From positions 1-46,647 of the forward strand of contig JAZRVG010000066.1 of assembly GCA_045599025.1 (NCBI GenBank): a stretch of DNA of 46,647 bases, given 5' to 3'. The DNA comes from Christensenellaceae bacterium. GTDB taxonomy: Bacteria > Bacillota > Clostridia > Christensenellales > Borkfalkiaceae. The notes under the pieces were generated by a model. It was given only the letters and a program-made list of their open reading frames with translations, was not told the DNA's origin and did not search any database. Positions 18,824 through 28,469 of the stretch are shown here, piece after piece. The number at the start of each line of letters is the position of its first letter. Within the stretch, counting starts at the first letter, position 1. The translations under genes and the position numbers were made by a program.

Positions 18824-19570
18824 TTAAAATCTATTCTTTAAAAATTCAAGTGCCGTTTCAACGAAATCGTATTTTCCGTTAGCGTTTTTATAAGTTGAAC
18901 CCGTACAATGCGTACCGCTTAAAATCTTTTTATCAACGATTGCGTCGTAGTTAAGATTTTTTAATGCGGAAATAAACAATTCGTTTTGCTCACGCCTATT
19001 CGCCATATCTTTTTCGTAATAAATAATTAAAATAGGCGGATAGTTTCCGTTTTCTTTCAAATGATATATAGGCGATCGCTCGTCTATTCTTTGATATAGC
19101 GAATTTATTTTATATTCGTATTTTAAAATATTGAAGTGAGTGGTTGTTTGAGCACTGTCTATAAGATACCCTTTTATCAAACTTCTATCAACTTTTGCGT
19201 TGTCAAAAAATTCGTTATCGGTAAGGAGCATTAAGGACATATACGCCCCTGCGGACTGCCCGCTTACAAACACTTTACCGCTACCGCCGTAATTTTTGAT
19301 ATTATCTAAAACGAACTTAACGGAATTTGCCGAATCTATCAAATATTCGGGGTATTTTGCAGTTTGGTACATTCTGTAATCAACCGAAACGAAACCGTAG
19401 CCTGCTTTTACGAAATCTCTTGCCATTTCAACGAATTCTTTTTGGCTTTTACTTCCGCTTTCAATTCCGCCACCGTGAAAGTACACTATCGTATCGTAAT
19501 TTTTGCAGTTTGGCAAATACATATCAAGTTTGTTTCCTAAATTATCGTAAATTAAATCTAAATATTCCAT
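18824..19570 (-). CDS. Alpha/beta-hydrolase (esterase/lipase-like)
   Basis: ORF track. Oxyanion HGGG and nucleophile elbow GQSAGA. The start sits 3 nt after the stop of the ogg-like gene, with GGAG inside the upstream gene. Confidence 0.75.
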   Translation of the reverse strand: MEYLDLIYDNLGNKLDMYLPNCKNYDTIVYFHGGGIESGSKSQKEFVEMARDFVKAGYGFVSVDYRMYQTAKYPEYLIDSANSVKFVLDNIKNYGGSGKVFVSGQSAGAYMSLMLLTDNEFFDNAKVDRSLIKGYLIDSAQTTTHFNILKYEYKINSLYQRIDERSPIYHLKENGNYPPILIIYYEKDMANRREQNELFISALKNLNYDAIVDKKILSGTHCTGSTYKNANGKYDFVETALEFLKNRF

Positions 19571-19573
19571 ATT

Positions 19574-20404
19574 TCACTCCGTAAGCGAACGCTTATAATA
19601 AAATAAATACTGTTGAACAAATCCCGAAAGTTCACCGAATTTTAAAACCAATTCTTGCGAAATTTTTTTTCTGTCTTTTTCCGTTCCGCCTAAATTTTCC
19701 AAATATAATTTTTCTATCCAAGTATCAACGGGAAAACTGTCGTACTTGTAAAACCCGAAAAGAGTAATACAATCGGCAACCTTTTTACCTATTCCGTAAA
19801 TTTTTAAAAGTTCTTTTTCAATTTGAGCGGTAGAAAGATTGCAAAGCGAATTAAAATCAAAACCTTCTTGTAAAAGTTTTGCAAACCTTAAAATATATAC
19901 GTCCCTATACCCGAGCGCTAAATTTTTATAAAACTCTACGCTTTTATTAGCAAGCGTTTCAACGGTTGGAAAAGCATAGTAAGTTTCGTTTAAAAACTCT
20001 AACTTTTCCCCGCAATTTTCGCAAATTTTGTTAATGGAATTTTGTATTCTTTTTATATTGTTATTTTGAGAAATTATAAACGAAAACGCCGTTTCAACGG
20101 GGTCTTGACGTAAAAGTCTTAAACCCTTTGACGCATTTACCGATTTATTTAAATACTCAATATTAAACGACTTTATTTCGTTTTTTATTTTTGAATAATC
20201 TCTACCTAAATCAAAATAATTATAAAAATAGTTTTTATCGTTTGTTAAGATATGCGTAAACCCGTTTTCTTCGTATAGGTACGCACACTTGTTAAGCGAT
20301 ATAACGGTATAACCCTTTCCGCTTGTAAAATATCTAAAAACCTGTCCGCATTCAAGCGTTTCTTTTACGCTTAAATCTTCCGTTCTTACTACGATTTCTT
20401 CCAT
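19574..20404 (-). CDS. ogg: HhH-GPD DNA glycosylase, 8-oxoguanine glycosylase/lyase-like
   Basis: ORF track. N-terminal TLECGQVFRY and HhH-GPD region IYGIGKKVADCITLFG...FPVDTW. Confidence 0.7.
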   Translation of the reverse strand: MEEIVVRTEDLSVKETLECGQVFRYFTSGKGYTVISLNKCAYLYEENGFTHILTNDKNYFYNYFDLGRDYSKIKNEIKSFNIEYLNKSVNASKGLRLLRQDPVETAFSFIISQNNNIKRIQNSINKICENCGEKLEFLNETYYAFPTVETLANKSVEFYKNLALGYRDVYILRFAKLLQEGFDFNSLCNLSTAQIEKELLKIYGIGKKVADCITLFGFYKYDSFPVDTWIEKLYLENLGGTEKDRKKISQELVLKFGELSGFVQQYLFYYKRSLTE

Positions 20405-20416
20405 AAAATATACAAA

Positions 20417-20438
20417 AAGCGGAATAGTAATTCCGCTT
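20417..20438 (-). terminator. Terminator-like hairpin between degV and ogg
   Basis: 9-bp stem aagcggaat/attccgctt with a 4-nt loop. On the minus strand it is followed by tttgtatatttt and then the ogg ATG. Confidence 0.5.
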
Positions 20439-20443
20439 AAAAA

Positions 20444-21289
20444 TTATTCTCCGTCGTTAAAATACAAAATGCCTAACGTGTTTGCTCCGCAGTGGCTCGT
20501 TACCGTAGCACCTGCAACCGTTTCGTAAACGTTTTCAAAGCCGTATTCTTTAACAACTTCTCTCGCACTCTCTATCATTTCGGGCGTTGCCGAACTGTAA
20601 GTAATGAAAATTACGCTCTTATCGGGAGTGTTAAATTCCGTTAAAGTATCTTTACAATATTTGGAAACTACGGTCGGCATAGGACCTCTATACTTTTTGT
20701 AACTTCCCATTTTACCGTTTTTAACGATAATTTGCGGTCTTATTTTCAAAATGTTAGCACCTAAAAGTGCCAAACTTGAACACCTACCGCCCTTGTAAAG
20801 ATAATCAAGTTTTTCTATTACGAAACTTGCTTGAACCTTATCAACTCTCGCTCTTACCTTTTCGGCAATAACTTTTATATCGCTTTCGGTTTTAGTAAGT
20901 TCACGAGCGTAAATTGCAAGTAACGCCATACCCGTTGAAAGAGTTTTTGAATCAATTACTTCAACTTTTCCGTCAAAATTCTTACTTGCCGAAACTGCAC
21001 TTTGGCAAGTTGTGCTCATTTGCGAAGATATGTCAAAATGAATAATTGCGTCGTAATCTTTTAAAGTTTCTTCAAAAAATTCGGTAAAACCCGCTTCGTT
21101 TACGGCACTCGTTTTTGGCAAAACTCCGTTTTTGCTAACGAATTCAAAAATATCTTGGTTTGATATTTCTCCGTCTTTATAATCTTTATCTCCAAGCAAA
21201 ATATTGAGCGGTATGGTTTTTATATCGTATTTTTCAAGTAATTCTTTTGTTAAATCGATAACGGTATCGGCCGTAACAGCAATTTTCAT
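20444..21289 (-). CDS. DegV-family fatty-acid-binding protein
   Basis: ORF track 20444-21379. The ATG at 21289 is preceded by AGGAGGA and gives MKIAVTADTVIDL, a typical DegV N-terminus. Confidence 0.8.
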   Translation of the reverse strand: MKIAVTADTVIDLTKELLEKYDIKTIPLNILLGDKDYKDGEISNQDIFEFVSKNGVLPKTSAVNEAGFTEFFEETLKDYDAIIHFDISSQMSTTCQSAVSASKNFDGKVEVIDSKTLSTGMALLAIYARELTKTESDIKVIAEKVRARVDKVQASFVIEKLDYLYKGGRCSSLALLGANILKIRPQIIVKNGKMGSYKKYRGPMPTVVSKYCKDTLTEFNTPDKSVIFITYSSATPEMIESAREVVKEYGFENVYETVAGATVTSHCGANTLGILYFNDGE

Positions 21290-21416
21290 ATAGTTCCTCC
21301 TGTACGAATGCTTATTTATTTTATACAATTTTATTGATTTTGTCAAGTTATCGTAATATTTTGTTGCGAATAAAAGCAAAATGTATTATAATATTTTAAT
21401 CAAAAGAAGGTGCAAA

Positions 21417-22268
21417 ATGTACAAAATAGTTAAAAAACAATGTCTTAACCCAACCGTTACCTTAATGGAAATTGACGCTCCGTTAGTTGCTAAAAAGGCA
21501 CTTCCCGGTCAATTTATCATTTTGCGTGTTGACGAAAACGGAGAACGTATTCCTTTAACGGTAGCAAATTACGATAGAATTAAAGGCACTATCACTATTA
21601 TTTTCCAAGTGGTTGGTGCAACCACTACCCTTTTAAACGCCAAAAACGAAGGGGACTATATTCAAGATTTCGTCGGTCCGTTAGGCAAACCTACCGAACT
21701 TGATAATCTTAAAAACGTTTGTATCGTAGGCGGTGGCGTAGGCTCGGCTATTGCACTTCCTATTGCCAAAAAGTTACACGAGCAAGGTGCAAAAGTTACT
21801 TCTATTATCGGTTTTAGAAATAAAGATTTAGTTATTTTGGAAGACGAATTTAGAAAGTACAGCGACGAAACCTTGATATATACCGACGACGGTTCTTACG
21901 GAAAACAAGGAAACGTTTGTGTTCCGTTAAACGAATATTTTAGTAAAGGAATTACCTTTGATAAAGTTATAACGATAGGACCGCTTATTATGATGAAATT
22001 CGTTACTATGGCGGTAAAACCTACAAAAATTCCTTGCGATTGTTCAATGAACCCTATAATGATTGACGGAACGGGTATGTGCGGTGGTTGTCGTTTAACT
22101 CTTGTAAAAGACGGAGTTAAAACCGTTAAATTCGCTTGCGTTGTCGGACCTGATTTTAACGCTTACGAAGTTGATTTTGACGAAGCAATGTCCCGTGGAC
22201 AAATATACAAAGATTTTGAAAGAAAGTCGCTTGAAGCAACTTGCAACTTATTAAACAAGGGGGAATAA
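21417..22268 (+). CDS. nfnA: PyrK-like FAD/[2Fe-2S] subunit, NfnA/SudB-like partner of the GltD-like oxidoreductase
   Basis: The ORF track start at 21381 was trimmed to the ATG at 21417 (SD AGAAGGTG). Flavin reductase fold strings (GQFIILR, VGGGVG) and C-terminal Cys cluster CGGCR. Paired with the downstream GltD-like gene. Confidence 0.65.
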   Translation: MYKIVKKQCLNPTVTLMEIDAPLVAKKALPGQFIILRVDENGERIPLTVANYDRIKGTITIIFQVVGATTTLLNAKNEGDYIQDFVGPLGKPTELDNLKNVCIVGGGVGSAIALPIAKKLHEQGAKVTSIIGFRNKDLVILEDEFRKYSDETLIYTDDGSYGKQGNVCVPLNEYFSKGITFDKVITIGPLIMMKFVTMAVKPTKIPCDCSMNPIMIDGTGMCGGCRLTLVKDGVKTVKFACVVGPDFNAYEVDFDEAMSRGQIYKDFERKSLEATCNLLNKGE

Positions 22269-22270
22269 TT

Positions 22271-23683
22271 ATGGCAAAATTCAATATGAGTTTACAAAAA
22301 AACGCAATGCCTATGCAAAACCCCGAAATAAGAGCAAGAAATTTTGAAGAAGTTGCTATCGGCTACGATTACGATACGGCTATATTAGAGGCAAACAGAT
22401 GTTTAAACTGTAAAACTCCTACTTGCGTTGAGGGTTGCCCCGTTAAGGTTAGAATTCCCGACTTTATTGCGGAAATTAAAAACGGAAATATTGACGGTGC
22501 GTATAAGGTTATAAGCAAAACTTCTTCCCTACCTGCAATTTGCGGTAGAGTTTGTCCGCAAGAAACTCAATGTGAATCAAAATGCGTTCGTGGAATAAAG
22601 GGCGAACCCGTAGGTATAGGTAGGCTTGAAAGATTCGTTGCCGACCACACTACCGTTTGTGATTTGGAAAAAGAACCTTCTAACGGAATTAAAGTTGCCG
22701 TTATAGGCTCCGGACCTTCAGGTTTAACTTGTGCGGGCGACCTTCAAAAACTCGGCTACGAAGTTACGGTTTTTGAAGCGTTACATACGGAGGGTGGAGT
22801 TTTAACTTACGGTATTCCCGAATTTAGACTTCCGAAAGAAATTGTAAAAAAAGAAGTTTCAAACCTTAAAAAATTAGGCGTAAACTTTATGGTAAACGTC
22901 GTTATAGGCAAAACTTTAACCGTTGATGAACTCTTTAAATCGGGTTATAGGGCCGTTTTCATAGGTTCGGGAGCAGGACTTCCTAACTTTATGAATATTC
23001 CGGGCGAAGCGTACAAAGGCGTTTATTCCGCTAACGAATTCTTAACGAGAAACAACCTTATGAAGGCTTATAAAGAAAGCCCTACCACTCCTATTATGAA
23101 AGGTAAAAAAGTTGCCGTTATAGGCGGTGGTAACGTTGCTATGGACTCTGCCCGTACCGCTTTAAGACTCGGTGCGGACGAAGTTATGATTATTTACAGG
23201 CGTTCAATGGAAGAATTACCCGCAAGGCGTGAAGAAGTTGAAAACGCTATTGAAGAAGGAGTTATATTTAACCTTTTGGAAAACCCCGTTGAAATTACCG
23301 CTTACAATAATTTAGAAGATAAGAAAGACCCTAAAAACGGTTTCGTTAAATCTATAAAAACTATCAAAATGGAACTTACGGAACCCGACGAAAAGGGAAG
23401 AAGAAAACCCGTTCCCGTATTAAACAGCGAAAGCGAAAGAGAAGTTGACGTTGTTATTATGGCAATAGGAACTTCCCCTAACCCACTTATTAAATCAACT
23501 ACCGACGGACTTGAAATTAACAAGCGTGGCGGAATTATAGTTGACGAAAACGGACTTACTTCCCTAAAAGGCGTATATGCCGGTGGCGACGCTGTTACGG
23601 GTGCTGCAACGGTTATTTCCGCAATGGGTGCAGGTAAAACGGCAGCCAAGGCAATAGACGAATATCTTAAAAATCCCCTATAA
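22271..23683 (+). CDS. nfnB: NADPH-dependent glutamate-synthase-beta-like oxidoreductase (NfnB/SudA-like)
   Basis: The ORF track start was trimmed to the ATG at 22271 (MAKFNMSL; SD GGGGGA). Two Fe-S Cys clusters (CLNCKTPTCVEGCP, CGRVCPQETQCESKC) and two dinucleotide folds (VIGSGPSGL, VIGGGNVAMD). Confidence 0.75.
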   Translation: MAKFNMSLQKNAMPMQNPEIRARNFEEVAIGYDYDTAILEANRCLNCKTPTCVEGCPVKVRIPDFIAEIKNGNIDGAYKVISKTSSLPAICGRVCPQETQCESKCVRGIKGEPVGIGRLERFVADHTTVCDLEKEPSNGIKVAVIGSGPSGLTCAGDLQKLGYEVTVFEALHTEGGVLTYGIPEFRLPKEIVKKEVSNLKKLGVNFMVNVVIGKTLTVDELFKSGYRAVFIGSGAGLPNFMNIPGEAYKGVYSANEFLTRNNLMKAYKESPTTPIMKGKKVAVIGGGNVAMDSARTALRLGADEVMIIYRRSMEELPARREEVENAIEEGVIFNLLENPVEITAYNNLEDKKDPKNGFVKSIKTIKMELTEPDEKGRRKPVPVLNSESEREVDVVIMAIGTSPNPLIKSTTDGLEINKRGGIIVDENGLTSLKGVYAGGDAVTGAATVISAMGAGKTAAKAIDEYLKNPL

Positions 23684-23705
23684 AAAGTAACTATTTTGCA
23701 TAATT

Positions 23706-23740
23706 AAACACACCGTTTAAGATAAAACGGTGTGTTTTTA
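23706..23740. terminator. Bidirectional intrinsic terminator
   Basis: acacaccgttt/aaacggtgtgt stem (23708-23735) flanked by A- and T-runs. Confidence 0.7.
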
Positions 23741-23753
23741 ATTTTCTTATAAA

Positions 23754-24470
23754 TTATAAAATTTGTTTTTTGTTTTGCGGTTCGGGTTGTATATCTTTTT
23801 CGTCCGTTTTAAACGTTTCAATTTTTTCTCCGCTCTTTACAGATTCGCCTACTTGACGTGTAAACTCTTCGTCAACAGTATAAGTTGCCTCCGTCATTTT
23901 TGTATCGCATTCGTTTAAGAAGTTAAGAATAATTTGGTCCTTTGCGTCTTGCATATTTACATCGGAAGCGTTTAACTTATTTTTTAAATTCGCACGGGTC
24001 ATTTTCGTACTGTTATCAACTTCTTGTGCTATATCTTTAAAATATTCGTTGTTTTTAGTCAAGCCGTCAATATTCAAATGCGAAAATATGCTTTGACCTT
24101 TTCCCGTAAAATACATAAAGTTGTTGTTCTTTTCCATTTCATTTTTAAGTTGTTTTGCAAGTTGGTTTATTTTCTTGCGTTCGCTACGGTATTCTTGTGC
24201 CTTTTTAGTTCTAAAAAGCATTGAGAAAAATCCCGGTTTTTCCCTTTCAAAGTGTGCTTGTGCTAAATTTTTAAGAGTGGTTACACCTTGCAATAATACG
24301 TCGCCTCTTAAAATCGTAGAGATAAGACTACTTTTTTCGTTTGCCATTTTTGCAACGTAACCGTCTTTTTCGTTTATTTCGTTCCATTTATCTTGGAATA
24401 CCTTCATTTCTTCATCGCAAAGACTAACCGCTTGATTTACCGTAAGACCTTTATATTTATTATTCGGCAT
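23754..24470 (-). CDS. Hypothetical 238-aa charged protein with an acidic/polar tail (orphan)
   Basis: ORF track. SD GGAG (aaaaaggagattatgtATG). No recognisable motif. Confidence 0.55.
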   Translation of the reverse strand: MPNNKYKGLTVNQAVSLCDEEMKVFQDKWNEINEKDGYVAKMANEKSSLISTILRGDVLLQGVTTLKNLAQAHFEREKPGFFSMLFRTKKAQEYRSERKKINQLAKQLKNEMEKNNNFMYFTGKGQSIFSHLNIDGLTKNNEYFKDIAQEVDNSTKMTRANLKNKLNASDVNMQDAKDQIILNFLNECDTKMTEATYTVDEEFTRQVGESVKSGEKIETFKTDEKDIQPEPQNKKQIL

Positions 24471-24561
24471 ACATAATCTCCTTTTTATACGTTTTTATAT
24501 TCTGTATAATAATTTTAACATATTAAAAAAAAATGTCAAGTTTTATCAACGTTAAAACTTA

Positions 24562-25101
24562 TTATTTTATACTTTTACCGAGTTCGTAAGCCTTATCTAA
24601 CGCTTTGTGATTTTTAATATCTCCAACTTCCGTTACTCCGCCTGCAAAAACGCTTGCTACAAGTTGAACGCCTTCAAAACAGTCTATCCAACCTTGAATG
24701 CAGGCTATCGCACGCTTTGGAGTATATTCTTCGTTTTCGGTTGCCGAACTTAAAAAATATACAGATTTAAAATTATAATCTTTGCAATACAAAGGGTTCG
24801 CTCTATCAAGAACGGTTTTAAGTTGTGCCGAAACACCGTAATAGTATATAGGCGTTGCAAAAACCAAAACGTCCGCCGTTTGCATTTTTTCTTCTATAAT
24901 ATCGGCATCGTCACGCATAAAGCATCTTCCCGTATTTTGACAAGTTAAACACCCTACGCAAAACTTTAATTCTTTGCCGATAAGCGAAACGGTTTCAACT
25001 TGATTACCGCTTTCTTTCGCACCTAATTCAAAATATTTTGCCAAAGTGTTTGAGTTTCCGTCTTTTCTTAAACTACTCGTGATTATAAGAACTTTTTTCA
25101 T
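24562..25101 (-). CDS. Flavodoxin-like NADPH-dependent FMN reductase, iron-sulfur flavoprotein (Isf)-like
   Basis: The ORF track start was trimmed to the ATG at 25101 (MKKVLIITSSLRKDGNS). Compact Cys motif CVGCLTCQNTGRC (C-x2-C-x2-C-x5-C). Confidence 0.7.
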   Translation of the reverse strand: MKKVLIITSSLRKDGNSNTLAKYFELGAKESGNQVETVSLIGKELKFCVGCLTCQNTGRCFMRDDADIIEEKMQTADVLVFATPIYYYGVSAQLKTVLDRANPLYCKDYNFKSVYFLSSATENEEYTPKRAIACIQGWIDCFEGVQLVASVFAGGVTEVGDIKNHKALDKAYELGKSIK

Positions 25102-25209
25102 AATTGTATTCCTTTTCTTAATTATAATATTTAAAAAAATAAATGTCAATATTTAAAAAAGTCTTTTAAAACCGCAAATTTTGTGTTAAACTCTAACAAA
25201 GGGGTAAAT

Positions 25210-26289
25210 ATGCTTTTCAAAAAAATACTTAAATTTCTTTTAATACTCTTACTCGTTACCGTTCTTATTTTCGGAATTTACGCAGGTTATATTTTTATTT
25301 CTTACAACAGAATAGAAGATAATCTTAATTTATCGGTGGTAGGTAATTATTCTTACCAAACGGTAACCACAAACCACACTTACACCGCTGTTACTCAAAA
25401 TATCGGCTTTGGTGCTTACACGAGCGATTTCACTTTCTTTATGGACGGTGGCAAAGAATCTCGTGCAAGAAGTGAAGATAGCGTTTACAACTGCTTAACT
25501 TTGGCAAGCGAAAAAATTAACGAGTTTTCTTTTGACTTTGCTTTAATTCAAGAAGTTGATTTTGATTCAACAAGAAGTTTTCATATAGACGAATATGAAT
25601 TTTTAAAAGAAAAATTCACAGTTTACCAAGATATTTTTGCCGTAAACTATCACTCGGCATACCTATTTTACCCCTTTATTAAACCGCACGGAAAATCAAA
25701 CAGCGGTATTTTAACTCTTTCAAAATACGAAGTTACTTCTTCTATTCGTAGAAGTTTACCTATATCAAAAAGCGTTTCAAAAATACTTGACCTTGATAGG
25801 GCTTATTCCGTTTCAAGAGTGAGCGTAGATAACGGCAAAGAACTCGTAATTTACAACGTACATTTATCCGCTTACGGCGGTAGCGACGAAGTTAGGAAAG
25901 GGCAAATGACGATGCTCTTTAACGATATGAATCAAGAATACGAAAAGGGCAACTACTGTATTTGCGGTGGAGATTTTAACCACGATTTTACGGGAAATTC
26001 TAACGAAACGCTTAACAAAGAAAGTGACTTTGAAGATTTAGGTTGGGCACAACCCTTTCCTACCGAATATTTGCCTTCCACAATAAGTAGAGCGTTAAAC
26101 TACGAAAACGGAGAAATTTTACCTACTTGTAGAAATTGCGATATCCCCTACAAAAAAGGAAATTTCGTAATTATAGTGGACGGGTTTTTAACTTCCCGAA
26201 ACGTTACGGTTTTAAACGTTAAAAACGTGCAAACGGATTTTGAATATTCCGACCATAACCCGGTAGTTTTAAACTTCAAATTAAACTAA
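25210..26289 (+). CDS. Membrane-anchored endonuclease/exonuclease/phosphatase (EEP)-family protein
   Basis: The ORF track GTG start was trimmed to the ATG at 25210 (SD AAAGGGG). N-terminal transmembrane segment. EEP-like strings IQEVD, YNVHLSAYG, GGDFNHD, SDHNPV. Confidence 0.7.
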   Translation: MLFKKILKFLLILLLVTVLIFGIYAGYIFISYNRIEDNLNLSVVGNYSYQTVTTNHTYTAVTQNIGFGAYTSDFTFFMDGGKESRARSEDSVYNCLTLASEKINEFSFDFALIQEVDFDSTRSFHIDEYEFLKEKFTVYQDIFAVNYHSAYLFYPFIKPHGKSNSGILTLSKYEVTSSIRRSLPISKSVSKILDLDRAYSVSRVSVDNGKELVIYNVHLSAYGGSDEVRKGQMTMLFNDMNQEYEKGNYCICGGDFNHDFTGNSNETLNKESDFEDLGWAQPFPTEYLPSTISRALNYENGEILPTCRNCDIPYKKGNFVIIVDGFLTSRNVTVLNVKNVQTDFEYSDHNPVVLNFKLN

Positions 26290-26300
26290 AAAAACAAGCG

Positions 26301-27809
26301 TTAATTCGCTTGTTTTTTTATACTTTTTAAGTTTAATATTTTTGATTTTTGTGAACTTTTTCCGTCTATTTTCGTTAAAGTTTCAACCGCTTTGTAACCC
26401 GAATTCATAGCAACGGGAAGTCCGCCTACGGGGCTTAACCATTGGCTTGCCAAAATAACGTTCTTTACGCTTTTTACGGTGTTTTTTGAAGAGTAAGGAA
26501 TATAATTTTTAGGAAGAGCAAAACTCATAAACGAACCCCTTCTTTCCCCGAAATATCTATTATAGGTAGAAGGCGTGAAAACGTCTATAATTTTTAATTT
26601 TCCAACCAAACTCGGAAAAGCGTCTTCTATTATATCAACTATAACTTTTGCAAGTTGTAATTTTTTTTGTTTGTATTTTTCCTTTTCTCTTTTAAGTTCT
26701 ATCCACTCTTCGCATTGAACTTCGTCTAAAAAAGTCATAGTAGTTAAAACTGTTTTGCCTTCTTCGGCAAAACTTTTTTGATAGGTAAATTCCCTTACCG
26801 CAAGAGTGTTTTTATTATATTCTTTTTTGAATTTACTTTTTATAGGCAAAATTATTTCGTTAGTAAAAGGAATTTTATTCGTATCTACCGCTATTGCCGT
26901 TTGAAAACAAGACCACCTTTTCAACCTTTTATTCATATACGATTTTCTTAAAGAATAATTCATTGGCACTTTTAAAAGTTTATAAAACGCCGTTTCCATA
27001 TCGGTTGCAAGCACCAAATAATCAAAATCTATTTTAGTACCGTTAATAAGTTCCACGCTTTTTGCAATTTTATTTTCAATATTTACGCCTATTACTTCGT
27101 TTGAAGTTAAAATCTCTCCGCCAAGTGATAAATACTTTTCTTTTATTCTTTCGGCACACTCTTTTGAACCGCCTTTAATTACTCCACCGTTATTTGCCGA
27201 AAAATCTGCGTAACACGTAATTAAACCGAGCGAACAAAAAAACGGCGGTAAAAAGTCGGTAAAAAATCTTCTAATTAAAGGGTGAGAAAATTTGTTTGCA
27301 ACGTCGCCTAAATTTTTGTTTGCATAAAAGGACGCATATTTGTAAAACTCCAACTTTTCCCTTTCGGTTGGCTTTTTATCAAAATTTTCTCCCGAAAAAC
27401 CTAAAAAGTTTCTCATACTTTTTACCGCCCCGATAAACCTTTCAATTTCTTTTTTGTCTCCGCTTGAAATTGAAATCATTTCGTTTTTAGTTCTATCTAA
27501 ATCTCTATAAGCGGAAAGATTTTTTATACCGTTAGTTACCGTATAAAAACTTTCGTGATTTATTATATCGTTATCGTTTTTTATTACGCCCAACTCCTTC
27601 CACTTTTTATAGTTCTCGCTTGATTTGTTAGTTCCCGTTAGCCAATGAATACAGTTATCTATATGGTATTCCCCTTTATTCCAACCCGTTAAATTACCAC
27701 CAACGCAAAAATGTTTCTCACATATAACCGTTCTATAGCCTTGTTTTTGAGCGTAAATGCCTGCCGTTAAGCCTGAAACTCCACCACCTATTATAACCAC
27801 TTTTTTCAT
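26301..27809 (-). CDS. NAD(P)/FAD-dependent oxidoreductase (phytoene-desaturase/amine-oxidase-like)
   Basis: ORF track. N-terminal Rossmann motif KKVVIIGGGVSGLTAG. Confidence 0.7.
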   Translation of the reverse strand: MKKVVIIGGGVSGLTAGIYAQKQGYRTVICEKHFCVGGNLTGWNKGEYHIDNCIHWLTGTNKSSENYKKWKELGVIKNDNDIINHESFYTVTNGIKNLSAYRDLDRTKNEMISISSGDKKEIERFIGAVKSMRNFLGFSGENFDKKPTEREKLEFYKYASFYANKNLGDVANKFSHPLIRRFFTDFLPPFFCSLGLITCYADFSANNGGVIKGGSKECAERIKEKYLSLGGEILTSNEVIGVNIENKIAKSVELINGTKIDFDYLVLATDMETAFYKLLKVPMNYSLRKSYMNKRLKRWSCFQTAIAVDTNKIPFTNEIILPIKSKFKKEYNKNTLAVREFTYQKSFAEEGKTVLTTMTFLDEVQCEEWIELKREKEKYKQKKLQLAKVIVDIIEDAFPSLVGKLKIIDVFTPSTYNRYFGERRGSFMSFALPKNYIPYSSKNTVKSVKNVILASQWLSPVGGLPVAMNSGYKAVETLTKIDGKSSQKSKILNLKSIKKQAN

Positions 27810-27880
27810 AGGTAAAATTATTATACTTTTTTATTATTTTTAAACTCTTTTTTTTAAAATTATGTTATAATATACTAAAT

Positions 27881-28327
27881 ATGAAAAAACTTAAACTCAA
27901 TTTTGAAATTTTACCTACGGGTGCGTTCTACTTTAATTTACGTTCAACTTTAAGCAAAAAGGCGTGGGACGTAATTAGGTTTGACGCTTATAAAAGGGCT
28001 AACGGAAAATGCTCTATATGCGGTAAACCGACTTCTCGGCTTGAAGCACACGAACAGTGGGAATTTATTGAAAAAACGAAAACCCAAAAATTAAAATGCG
28101 TTATCGCCGTTTGTTCCGCCTGTCACTCGGTTATTCACATTAACCGTACTATTTTGGTAGGAAAAGAAGACTTTGCCATCAAACATTTTGAAAAAGTTAA
28201 CGGCGTTGATTATTCCACTTATATAAACTCGTTAAAAGACGCTAACGACAAAGCAAACGCTCTATCGCATATCTACGACTGGTCGCTTGACCTTAAATGG
28301 CTTAAAAGATTTATAGACGAAAATTAA
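27881..28327 (+). CDS. Small HNH/zinc-ribbon nuclease-like protein
   Basis: ORF track. CSICG...LEAHEQWEF...CSACHSVIH (CxxC...H...CxxCHxxxH) is consistent with a beta-beta-alpha-Me HNH fold. The assignment is tentative. Confidence 0.5.
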   Translation: MKKLKLNFEILPTGAFYFNLRSTLSKKAWDVIRFDAYKRANGKCSICGKPTSRLEAHEQWEFIEKTKTQKLKCVIAVCSACHSVIHINRTILVGKEDFAIKHFEKVNGVDYSTYINSLKDANDKANALSHIYDWSLDLKWLKRFIDEN

Positions 28328-28337
28328 AATATTTACC

Positions 28338-28374
28338 GCAATTTCAACAAGAAATTGCTGTATTTTTATTTTAC
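28338..28374 (+). terminator. Intrinsic terminator after the HNH-like gene
   Basis: gcaatttc/gaaattgc stem (28338-28358) followed by a T-rich tail. Confidence 0.6.
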
Positions 28375-28416
28375 GTATAAATTTTTAAAATTTGTAAACA
28401 ATATTACATAATTCTA

Positions 28417-28445
28417 TTGACAAATTATTTAGTTAGTTGTACAAT
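28417..28445 (+). promoter_or_regulatory. Promoter of the RHH-clpB operon (TTGACA-17-TACAAT)
   Basis: TTGACA at 28417-28422, hand-counted 17-nt spacer, TACAAT at 28440-28445. ACAAATT (28420-28426) and AATTTGT (28443-28449) form an inverted repeat across it. Confidence 0.6.
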
Positions 28446-28469
28446 TTGTTTAAATTAAAGGAGAAAACA

